DNA from: Trichodelitschia bisporula
Lineage: Eukaryota
Length of the DNA stretch: 32,349 bases
Assembly (NCBI GenBank): GCA_010356995.1
Contig: ML996688.1
Coordinates: 1,364,001-1,396,349 of the forward strand
Direction of reading: 5' to 3'
The notes beneath the pieces are model-generated. The model worked only from the letters and a program-made list of their open reading frames with translations, searched no databases and was not told where the DNA came from. Within the stretch, counting starts at the first letter, position 1, and every line of letters begins with the position of its first letter. Below are positions 1 through 10,325 of this stretch, piece by piece. The translations under genes and the position numbers were made by a program.

Positions 1-1
1 A

Positions 2-475
2 CTCCCCAGCTCCTCCGAAGCCGTAATCCCTACCCCGACGTCTGACGGTGGAATCGAACATACTGCCGCGCGCTTTCTCCCGCCTTCCACTTGGCTCGAG
101 CTTGCGCGCTCGGGGGAAGTTATCATGTTCCCCCCGCAATTTTTCCTGCTTCATTTTATGGCACAGTTCCTAAATCTGACTGCCCCTAGCAAGTCATCCT
201 CAGGACACTTAGAAGAGCAGCGACAGAAGCTGCGAGACTTCGTGAAGCAGCAAGAGTTTGGCGATGCTTGCATCAGCCCGGTGGCAATTGGAGGTCTGTA
301 CGGGAACGGAAGATCAGTCTTACGCTTGGATAGCCCGGGACCAGAACTGAAGGGAAGGGACCGGAAAGGGGTCAAAGATTGGGTAGTGGGTGTTGAGTTT
401 AGAAAGGAAGGGCCGAGGAAGCTGGAAATCCAGTTAACTAAGGATGTATTCGCAGAGAAGAGTGGCAAGTTATAG
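2..475 (+). CDS. Nudix-family hydrolase (NUDT19-like), 3' part only; gene starts left of the window
   Basis: The frame is open from base 2: LPSSSEAVIPTPTSDGGIEHTAARFLPPSTWLELARSGEVIMFPPQFFLLH...LRLDSPGPELKG..RKG..DWVVGVEFRKEGPR, stop TAG at 473-475. The 'DGGIEHTAARF..P..WL..ARSGE.I.FPPQF.LL' segment resembles the C-terminal half of fungal NUDT19-like proteins. The Nudix box itself is not in the window. Confidence 0.72.
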   Translation, partial: LPSSSEAVIPTPTSDGGIEHTAARFLPPSTWLELARSGEVIMFPPQFFLLHFMAQFLNLTAPSKSSSGHLEEQRQKLRDFVKQQEFGDACISPVAIGGLYGNGRSVLRLDSPGPELKGRDRKGVKDWVVGVEFRKEGPRKLEIQLTKDVFAEKSGKL

Positions 476-770
476 TTCCAATCAATCAATATAGCTCTGG
501 AACAATCAGTGAGCCTATTGCACCGGTGTAGTTCCTTGAAGACCTCAGCATATGTACATGCGCACTCAGGACTTGAATACTAATCCTCCAATTATTGCCC
601 CAGGCATCAATAAAATGCCAAGCTATGGCGGGCCCCTTCACAAGCCACACTTCGGCAAGGAACAACAATCCCGGCGCACCCACCTGAATTTCAACTTCAA
701 CAACCACGCCTGGAATTCTTCACGTACTCATCGCCCAACCCCCACAGACTTCCCCCATCCGACCGTCACA

Positions 771-1078
771 ATGGAGAACGAACGCGGTGAACTCGTCGAC
801 CTGTGAGATTCCTATGGTTTTTGCGCAAAATATGTACTAACGACAATAGCTACGTCCCCCGCAAGTGCTCGGCTACGAACCGCATCATCAAGGCCAAGGA
901 CCACGCTTCGGTTCAGATCTCAGTCGGCAAGGTCGATGAGAACGGCCGCTACACGGGGGAGAACCAGACCTACGCGTTGTGCGGCTTCGTGCGCGCCATG
1001 GGTGAGAGCGACGACGCGCTGAACCGCCTCGTACAAAAGGATGGCTTCCTCAAGAACGTGTGGTCTGCGAGCCGCTAA
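771..1078 (+). CDS. RPS21: 40S ribosomal protein S21 (eS21), 86 aa; exons 771-802 and 850-1078
   Basis: [71 protein letters not shown] is the eS21 signature. The 47-nt intron 803-849 has a GTGAGA donor, TACTAAC branch and TAG acceptor, and splicing restores the frame. Confidence 0.98.
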
Positions 1079-2797
1079 GGCCATACATTTGGCGTGGGCG
1101 CGCAATACGGGGCGTTAGGGAAGGGTATGCTTACCGCGCTGATAGATCGAACTTTCCGCTGATGTATCTCGCAGTTTATGTTCCTCTGGACGGCCTCTTA
1201 CGAGTACCGTGGGAATGGTTGCATGAGCTATGCTGGGTGCAGTTGTATCTAGCAACGTCGGCCTGGTAGAACATGAATTGGTTCAAACACCTCACATTGC
1301 CCGGCCCTACATGTGCTTCCCATTGTCTATATCAGCGGAGAGGGCGTTGCTTGGTTCCTCGCGGAACCAGCATCCCACCAAAACTTCCTTTACTCACCTC
1401 GGTGGCCTTTCTATGGTTGAGGAAGCTAAATGACTCGCCGCGAGATGAAAGCAGGTTCCCTTTGAAAGGCCGAGGGGTCGAAGTCTCGCGTCTCGGTACA
1501 GATACGGGCGAACACATACCGCATTGACTCCACGTCATCCGCTTGTTTATCAAAACACTGTGCGTGCTGGGCGCATACTGTAGATGTCCACTTTGGACGA
1601 AGGTGTAAGCTCAAGTCTTCCAGAAGGCACTGCATGTGTATTATTGGCTTTTTTCTCAGAATGTTTTCTCGAGCTAATGCAGCAGCGAACGTGCAGAAGC
1701 ATAACCCGATTTTAATTCGGCCCTCCCACCTTGGGAGAGAAGGACCCCAGCGGCCTCGACGTGTCACTTCTTCCCAGTCTTTTTGGGCGCAAAAACGTTC
1801 AAAGCTGGGCCTATCTGACACCGTCATGCCGGACTCTGGATGGAACGAGCGCACCGATTCGCCCCGTTTGGCTCGCAGGACCGATGTCAAATTAAACCAA
1901 TTGGATTTTTCTGAGCTCTTGGGTGTTACGATCTGGATATTCGCCCCCGGCCTCTTGTTGTATGAGGTGTTCGCAGAGGGCCCCGCTACCTGACCACCCC
2001 GATATCCGGTGCGACCAATCGCAGCGCGACGCCGACACCGGTCTGTGGGGGAGGCCGAGAGCAGTCAGCCGGCAGCCGCAGCTGGGTCTTTCAATCTGTT
2101 GGTCCGCACTTACATCACCCAATCACCATGCCCTATAAACCGGTAATCCTTGGTTTCCAGGATAGCCGAAGCCTGCGTTGTACAAGTTTGCCGAGTGTGC
2201 ACCCGCGGGAACTTGGGCTGCCATACGGCTTCCAGGACCGGATCGCATTGCTGCCGTGTTCCCCCGCTCTTTGACACCCTTACGGCCGCGTGGAGGAGCT
2301 TTCACCGGGCTCAAGATGTCCCGTCGGTTCCACGGCATGGCGCAGTAGCTGTGTGGCTGCGGGGTGTTGCGAGTGCACACCAGCTGGGCCAATAGCCGAA
2401 GACGCTGCGTTCATCTTGCAGCATGCCTTGTCGAGGTTGCTAGGCATGCGCGGTATGTTTGACGGCCCAGGGATTCGGTCCCTTTGCCTTGGGACAGCTG
2501 AGAACGGTTGTTGGACGGGTTTGGGCTGCGCTTTGCAGGAAGCCTTTGAAAGCCCTGCATCCGTCTAGGCCTAGATGTGGATGGGTTGGGTGAGTAGTCC
2601 ATATTCGGGGGGTGTGAGACAATGGGCCATGATGCCCAAATTTGCGCATTAGAAAATGCCATGTCAGCCTCAATGCGAAAACCGGCTGACGGAGAGCGAC
2701 GACCGCCATGGCAATACCATACATTGTCTCCACGGAATCGTCTCCACGGCTCTCGAAGCGACGATGCAACCGGGCAGTTGGCACCCACAATCTATGC

Positions 2798-5700
2798 TTA
2801 CAATCCCGCTTTATCCGGCACGACAACCCGCACTCTCCTCCCACCAGCCCCACCATTACTCCCACCCCCACTTCCATCTCCATCGAGCATTCGTCCTACC
2901 CGTCCTACTGCCCTGCTCTCGCCTACCCTGCGTCCATCCCTCTGCACAATCCCCGCCTCACGTCTCCGCTTCTCCGCCTCCACGTCACGCACAATGCCCT
3001 CGAGATACGGGCCTGGAACGCATGCGCAGGCACATCCCTCCGTCGGGCATTGCGCGCCAAGGAGCTCGCCAGGGCCTGCCGCCGCCGCACCCTTCTGCTG
3101 CTGGGCCAAACACGCCGCGTGAGCGCCGTGTCCGCAGACGAGACAAAACTGCCATAGTACCGGTGGGGCTGGTGGGTGCAACACCCGCAGTGGGGCTCTT
3201 GCTGCGCCTCTCGCCGATGATGCCGCTGAAGAGAGTGAGGTTGGCGTAGTGGTGGCAGTGGCAGAGACCGAGCCATATACCTGGCTGGCCTTTTTGCTGC
3301 GCTTACTGACCTGGTATGGCGAGTACTTCTGCCAGCAGATTGGACAGGGTTCGGCCCGGGAGCCGCAGGATTCACACTTGAGCTTATTCACATGGTTGTT
3401 GATTGGCTTGGAGCAGGATAGGCAAAGGAGGCCGATTTGCGAGTCTTTGACAGTCGAATCAGCAAAGTTACCGAAACTCGGGTAGAGGAGGCGGCTAATG
3501 AGGGTTTGCGGGATGTGAAGCTGCAGCGAACGAAGCTGATCCTGGTAAGTGGCGAATACCCCATCTGCTTGCCAAGGTGTGACGCCGAGGCGGGCGAGGT
3601 GGCGGATGTGGTTGGAGAGAACGGCTTGCGCTTCATTGACTGAGAGATTCGAATCAGTGTGGTAGTAGTTGAGATAGGATTCCAGCATGGGCCGCGCTTC
3701 CTTATCCTCCGGGGCATGCGCATCGAGGAACGGCTTCAGAAGCAAAATCAGGTGCATGATGTGCTGTGCGTCTGGACCTTCATTGGTGAAGTACTCGAGG
3801 ATTTTTCTCAACAAGGCTTCGGCAGATATGGGACCTCTGCCGGAACCGTCGATGGTAATTTCAGAAAAGTCTGCGAGCGTATGATCACCCACGTGGGCTT
3901 TCTGCGGTGTTCCGACCCCGTTCCGTTGGGGGGCTAGAGCGGCAGCGTCCTTCTCGTGGGATTCATCGCCCAGCTGGTCACCCATGATGGTGCCACTTGC
4001 TTCCATATCGAATTCTGATGTTGACTTTTGGGTCGAAGATGGGTCTTCAGATGATTGCAAGGAATAGGCCCCCCAGGAGTCTCCATTCTGATACAAGTTA
4101 GCGAGAGCTGGGGCTGGCGACCCGGTAGACTTACCTTGGGGCTCGGGGGAAAGTCGCTCTCGGTTCCCGTCCTATATCCAATCGTCCCATTTGGTGATAC
4201 CTCCCCACTGGTAGTATCACCGTATTCCGGGAGCGGTACGAGGTGCGTGGAGATGGAGCGCACACTAGTGAATGACGCCGGCATAGATGCAGAGTGCTGG
4301 GATTCGCTGGAGGAAAACATTCCGAAGCTTTCATCCGAGTTTTGACGATCCAATGGTGGTGGCATATTTGAAGGTGGTGCGTTGAATTCCAGGGGCGCTT
4401 TTGGGGGTGCTCGCCAGTTCGCCATTCGCGCCTTGCGCTCCTCTAATCCAGCCCGGGAGCGAGACCATTCAGGACCGTCGAAGCCAGTCGACACCCGCTC
4501 ACTAATTTTGATAGGCCGCGATGGGCCAAGAAGGGACGGAGGTAGGGCCAGTTGATCGCCGTGGTCTGGATTCGGAAGCAGGCTTCTATTTGCTTGCGGC
4601 CGTGCCAGGGGTGTGGGAACGTTGGATGTGCTCTCAATTCCGGCTCCGTTCGGACTGCTGGTGCGTGATATTAGAGGAGGACCCGACATCAAACGGCGAT
4701 CCGCAGGCACAGCCTTGGGAAATTCCAGACGTCCTTCAGGTGGAAGTTTGCGTGATGGGTTTAGCCTAGCCCTCCTTTTCTCCTCCGCTTTGCGTATGAG
4801 CTCCTCCGACACCACCGAACCAAGCACTCTCCATGTCTGCGCCATGCGGTAGGCCCCCGTCTTCTGAGCGTATTGCGCATTTTGCTCAAAAACTCTGCTA
4901 AAGTTTATGAAGGAGTCCACTGTGGGGTTGTCGGGTAAAGCGGCAGTCTTGTACTTTTGTGCCAGGAACGAGAAGGTCAAGGCACTCACGGGTCCGCTGA
5001 GGAAGCCTCTGTATGCTACTTGTTCAGATGCAGATGCGCCCTTGATCTTGGTTAGCACTTCGGCTAGTCTCACTCCTGGGTCAGTATAAGATGGAGGAGT
5101 GCTGCTCAGTGATTTGGTGGAACGGCTGCTCTGGCTGCGTCCGTGCTGGGGTTTGTATGATGAACTCAAAAGGCTTTCGTCGATCGGGTCATCGGCGGAG
5201 CTTCGGCTCAGCTTAGTCTTCTCCGGGAAGATGGTATCGGGTCGGCCTTCTGGATACTCAATGTCGGATACGCGACGCTTAGGCCGCTTCTGTGAGAAAA
5301 CACAGATTTCACCCGTCGGAGACACTGCCAGAGCCTGCATTGGCCGTCTGTCAATGACCCTAGGGGCAAATTTGACATCTGTCTGTTGGAACACCCCGCT
5401 ACGACCAACACTCCAGAAGAGGTCTTCGGTGCGCCAGAGCATGTCAGTAGCGCCATTGTTCATAGTTTCCATCTCCACAGATGGCATATACGGCCGCTGA
5501 AAATCCCATACGTGGACCGTGGCGGCGTTGCGTTCATAGGACGTTGCAAACTGCGTGCATTGCCGAGCAGTCTGACCGTCAATAAGGCCGTAGGGGTGCC
5601 TCCATCGGGCATTGTGGACGGGGAATGGGGTCCGAAGTACGGCAAAGGGTTTCTGTCTCCGGTGGTCAGACGAGAAGTCCCATATTTTTACAGTCTTGTC

Positions 5701-6876
5701 TACGCCAGCGCTCATGAGATACTGTCCGTCCGGATGCCAGTCAATTGCCGTGCACAGCTTGTCGTGCGCATTGATTTTGAGCTTGGGTGATTTGGAGTTA
5801 CGGTAATCCCAGCGTTGGATGGCGCCGTTGTCGGTACAAAATGCGAACTCGACGGCATCCCTCGGGGACCATCTCAGGTCACGCACGCCTTCGCTTTGAC
5901 CCATAAAGCGTAATCGGCTAGATGTCATATCGCGCATATCCCAAAGCTTGACCGTAGCATCTTGGCTACCGGAAAGTAGCAAATGGCCTTGGAATGGGCT
6001 GAAGGCTACTCTATGCACCTGCCGATGATGCTCGTGGAGCCGAGCCACCTCAATGCCCGGCTTGTTAAGGTCGTAAATGACGACCTTGCCATTGGTTGCA
6101 GCTGTCGCAATGTAACTACTGTACGGGCCGTGGGACCATTTGACATCGTGGATGTCCAGCGTGTCTCGATGTCGGGTGGCATTGTGCCGATCATGATGGA
6201 TAATGGCCTCGCGCAAATTGGCATCCTTGAACACGTCGGTACCGGCGACCTGAACAGTCTCGAGGATCTCTCTGCCAGCAAGGATGGCATGCGTGCGTTC
6301 ATGGTTGATATCGAGCGCCGCAATTTCCGCGCCACTGCGAATTTTGATGCTCGCGTCTTGAGACGAGTGGGATGCGGTGCTGCAAAGACGGCCATTAGTA
6401 AACACTTTCGGCAGCACTTCCCGAAAGATGAGGGGTTAAAAGCGAGCAAAACAAAGTTTTCTTCACCGCAAGTGAGGAAGGAAGGAGACTGAAACAGGAA
6501 CCGCATCCGAGAGGGCGGTGACTGACCCAGCATTTCTTGGCGCGAAGGTGGACGACCGGCCACCGTCACGATGTGCTTGAGAGCTTGCAGGACGCGAGCC
6601 ATAGGTACTGAACGGCTGGGTCACAAATCGGGTAAAGGCATTTCGGGCCGTTAAGTTATCCTGGCCTTGTGGAGGCCTCGGAGGTGGAAGCGGCGGGGCT
6701 GGCGGAATAGCCGCCGATCCTGCTGCTGCAGAGGCTGCTGCAGAGGCTGCTACTGATGCTGCTGATGCCACGGCAGCGACCGCTGCGGCTGCCGCGCCAG
6801 TAACTCCAGGGCTGCTTCCCGTATCAGGGAATGCGGCAGGGCCGGGTTGGCGTCGGGTTGGAGGGAAACCGGACAT
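2798..6876 (-). CDS. RTC1: RTC1/SEA2 (WDR24 orthologue), SEACAT/GATOR2 subunit, ~1294 aa; exons 6876-6527, 6379-4135, 4087-2798
   Basis: N-terminal WD40 repeats (DVKWSH, LLLSGSQDATVKLWD, VRDLRWSP, AIDWHPDG..MSAGVDKTVKIWD, VHVWDFQRPYMP), a helical middle (FEQNAQYAQKTGAYRMAQTWRVL) and a C-terminal Cys/His RING-like region (CLSC..CESC..CPIC...CLVCGHGAHAAC...CPTEGCAC). Intron 6526-6380 is GTCAGT..TACTAAT..TGCAG (phase 2) and intron 4134-4088 is GTAAGT..GCTAAC..CAG (phase 0); both join the ORFs in frame. Confidence 0.9.
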
Positions 6877-9454
6877 TGTGCGCCCTGTAGGGGAGCTCCG
6901 AGGCTGTCGAGCGACGCTAAATTGGGCGTAAAGGGGACGTTGTGCGGAAGCCGGTTACAACTGGTGGAACGGCAAGGCAGACGCGTCGGCAACGGGCAAC
7001 GTAGCGCATCGGTTTTGCATGTGTCCTCTCAGGCGCGCGCAGGGGAGCTGGCGGCTTTCTCTCAGTCGATCCACATTCCGAGAGTAGTGTGTGTACTGGA
7101 GGATGTCTGAGCCGTGTGTGGGAGGTTTACGGGGGATGGAATTGGTGAAAAAGCCGCGAAGACGCGGGCGCCGCTGCAGCTGCAGAGTGCAGACGCGCCA
7201 GCTAATAAGGCGTCAGTGGTTGGAGACAATCCTGCCGTGCTTCGTTGCGGGGATGGCGGGAAGGCGGGATCTTGGAAAGTTGGAAGTCCGTTAGGCCAAG
7301 ACCGGAATAAAGAGCGGGAGTGCAGAGTCAGCAAGAGGCGCAATTACCCCTCTGCAACGTTGTTGGATTTTATGTGGGCACTTTTTCAACGTCGAGATAC
7401 GGAGGAAGGTGTTTTTGGGGACGTCGGCTGGTTGCAGCCGCAATGATAGAAGAGCCTGCGGCAGATCCCAGCTACTCGGGTTTTGGAAAAAATATACCAT
7501 AGAGCAACAGCCACAGCAAGGGCTTTTACCGCACATCCGCCGAGCAGATGCTTTAACACATCAGAGTACGTAACAATCAAAAGGGCGGAAATTGGAATAT
7601 CAAGCCGGCTGCCACCATGCTGCAGTCGCTGACGTCGAGCAGAAGCGCGTATGCATCTTTCTTGATGGATGGGGCATGCGCCGACGCGTGGGAGCATCAA
7701 ATATCTGCGGGATGTGGTGACTAGTTCTGCACGAGCTGCGTCGAGAGACATCAACGACACCGGCACGCATTGGTCGCCGGGTGGTACCAGGCTCAAGGCG
7801 GTGATAAGCTGAGGCTATTCAACCCCACTACCTCCAGGCTCTGATGCTTTCAACGCATGCGAGATTTGAACGTTGGAGGTCGGTTCGCTGGTGTCTGCAA
7901 GAGAAACGGTTAAAGCGCGTTGGGCACATCTCACTCATTTCGCCCGAGGCGTTCGTGCATTCATCCATCCCCATGTATGCAGGTTAGGAGGTGCTAAAAA
8001 TTAGTGGGGTAGGCCCCGATATGGGGCATCGAAGTACGCATATGCAGTATTTGAAGCCTTGCCGGGAGGCCGTCTGGCGAAGACTCGGCCATGTTTTAGT
8101 GTAACACGAGGTTCAACCAGTCGGCTGCGGGGCCAGCCACAGCCACAAATGCTTCCAGTCCCGTTCAAACCCCGGGGGATGGATATGGTGGGGTGGAGGG
8201 ATGCAGTGTCCGCTGGTGCTTCTCTGCAGTGCTGGTCCGCAATGCCCAAAACAAAACTTCCAGGCCCCGCCTGTGCTGCGTGGGCTGGTATGCATGGCCT
8301 CCCTGCCTTCGACATGTCCCTACCACGCAGTATATCGTTACTCCAGTACTCCTGCAGGTGGGCGTGGAAACTTCAGATGCTGCCCCACCATAGGCTTGGA
8401 CTGGTGATACTGTACCCTGGGTCCATGGGCTCGAGAGCGAACATACACAACCTTAAACCTCACATCCCGCCTTCTCGGCCCACAGCCTTCCAGTACTACA
8501 GTACGGTACAGTCCGACAGAGGCAGAATGCTGGAGAATCAAGAGGTGGGCAAGGCTTATTGCATGTCCTCCCCATGGCACGCGCCCCAGCCCCGGCTATC
8601 AGATCATCAGTGCCATGTGAGGTCTGCGAATCGTGACCCCCCACATACCCGCTTTGGCGCATAACGTGATGCGTACCATAGTACCGTACCAGTCAATTCT
8701 CCAGGGACTGAGTATCCCCACAACGTATGTAAATGTTGCCCGGGGCACAATTCCCCCGGGGGACCGCTCAAGGCGCTGCGCAAAGCTGCGTGCCGCCTTT
8801 GAGGTCCTGACCTTATCGGGCTTGCTAAATCGGAAGTGTGAGGCGGCTGTTGCATGTGCCCCGACTTCCCGAGTAATGCGGCTTAGCATTGCTGCATGAA
8901 GTACCGTAATCAAAGGTCAACTCCCATTTTCTTCATGTCACCCGTCAGCGGCTTCAATATTGGGACGTGCAAGGCAGCGAGATGGCGTGGGGAGGTAAAA
9001 CATTTAGTTCGTCCATCGGTGTGAACATGGCCCTGGTAGTCTACGGTAGGTAGACTAGACAGTACATGCCTCATCGAAGCTTGGAGTTCTAGGCCTTATT
9101 CGTACTCCGAACCGGCTGCTGGGATCAATGCCGTTCGAACTGGTGGCTCTTAGGGTATATTGAAGTCGCTCACATAAGATGTCCGCATCAAAAGCTAGGC
9201 CGCATACCATAGAACTAGTATGTACCATATATGTTAGAGAAACGGCACGGACAATTGTGATTCATGTACTGTACCCTGATTTATCAGCTACCGACTACAT
9301 ATCATCATACTATGATTGTGCACGGCACCGCGAGAGTTGGAATGAAATAACGGAGATTTCGGCACAAAGGAACATACGGTACGTATATCCTGGAGTAGTA
9401 GTAATGATCATGCCAGTTGACCACCAGAGGTAGCACGAGGTGTTGAAGTTCAGC

Positions 9455-10325
9455 TCCCCATTCGCCTCCGACCCCCCCTGTTACCACACTTCAGTGCTCC
9501 CACCCCCCTCCTTCTCCTCCCCTCTCACCCCGCGCCCGCCCTAAATCCCCCACCCACACCCAGTAACCTACCACCGCCTCGTCTACCCCTCCCCATTCTT
9601 CCCTTCCTCCAGGTCCTCAACCACTCGCACCTCCTCCGCCCTCCTCTAGAACTAGAACTAATTGATCCCACCAATTCACGTTCAGCGATTCATCCTTGCC
9701 GATTTACTTTACCCTTGAACATAACCACACGTCCACGCCCCCTCCTCCACATACCTACCCACGCCACCCACCCACCCACCCGCCATCAGCAAACAGACTG
9801 AACCCAACCATCTACCTACCCCCTACATAACCTGCTGCACACCACAAAGCTACGTGCAACTTCCCTAAGAGAAGACAGCCGCCCCGGTCGAAAAATTCCC
9901 CTTGTAAAGTGAAAAAGATTCCTGCACGCGCTTCCTGGGATGAAAGTGACCCAACTGAAGCCCCGGCATCAATCGCAAAGCCCACGCGGCAGAAAAAAAA
10001 AGAACCCGCTTTCCGCTTCCGCCACCGCTCAAGCCCACTCAGACTCACTAATGAACACGCGCCGCGCCTGACACACAAAGATGGCGTCTACATAAGATCG
10101 CGGATAGTACCACTCTCTCCATTGGGAATCAACTTCCTCTGCGGCCGGGGAAGCTTGAATCTTGATCCATTCCTCAACGGCCGTTGAACCTTCCATTCAC
10201 TATTCTCACCACGCCCCCTCCTCCCCCACTCCCGCCATATACCCACATCCCTCAACCCTCTCGCCTCCGAAACCGCATCCCCCACCAACATATTTCACCA
10301 CCCCTAACCCGTTTCACCGCTCGTT
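9455..10325 (+). promoter_or_regulatory. C-rich, G-poor promoter/5' leader region of the HMT1-type gene
   Basis: Strong C-over-G skew on the + strand (e.g. 9490-9640, 9735-9830, 10200-10310) directly upstream of ATG 10326, as typical of fungal transcription-start regions. The exact TSS cannot be seen. Confidence 0.5.

Noticed and set aside
1892..2788. Three ORFs in the RTC1 frame separated by single stops, suggesting readthrough or A-to-I stop correction
   Set aside because: RTC1 ends in TAA followed closely by TAG, the downstream peptides resemble nothing I recognise, and the intron at 2113-2043 points to other frames.
2622..6602. Many 100-200 aa ORFs overlapping RTC1 (e.g. 2656-3249 +, 5983-6492 +, 6006-6602 -)
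   Set aside because: Antisense or alternative-frame shadows of a GC-rich CDS, with no recognisable motifs.
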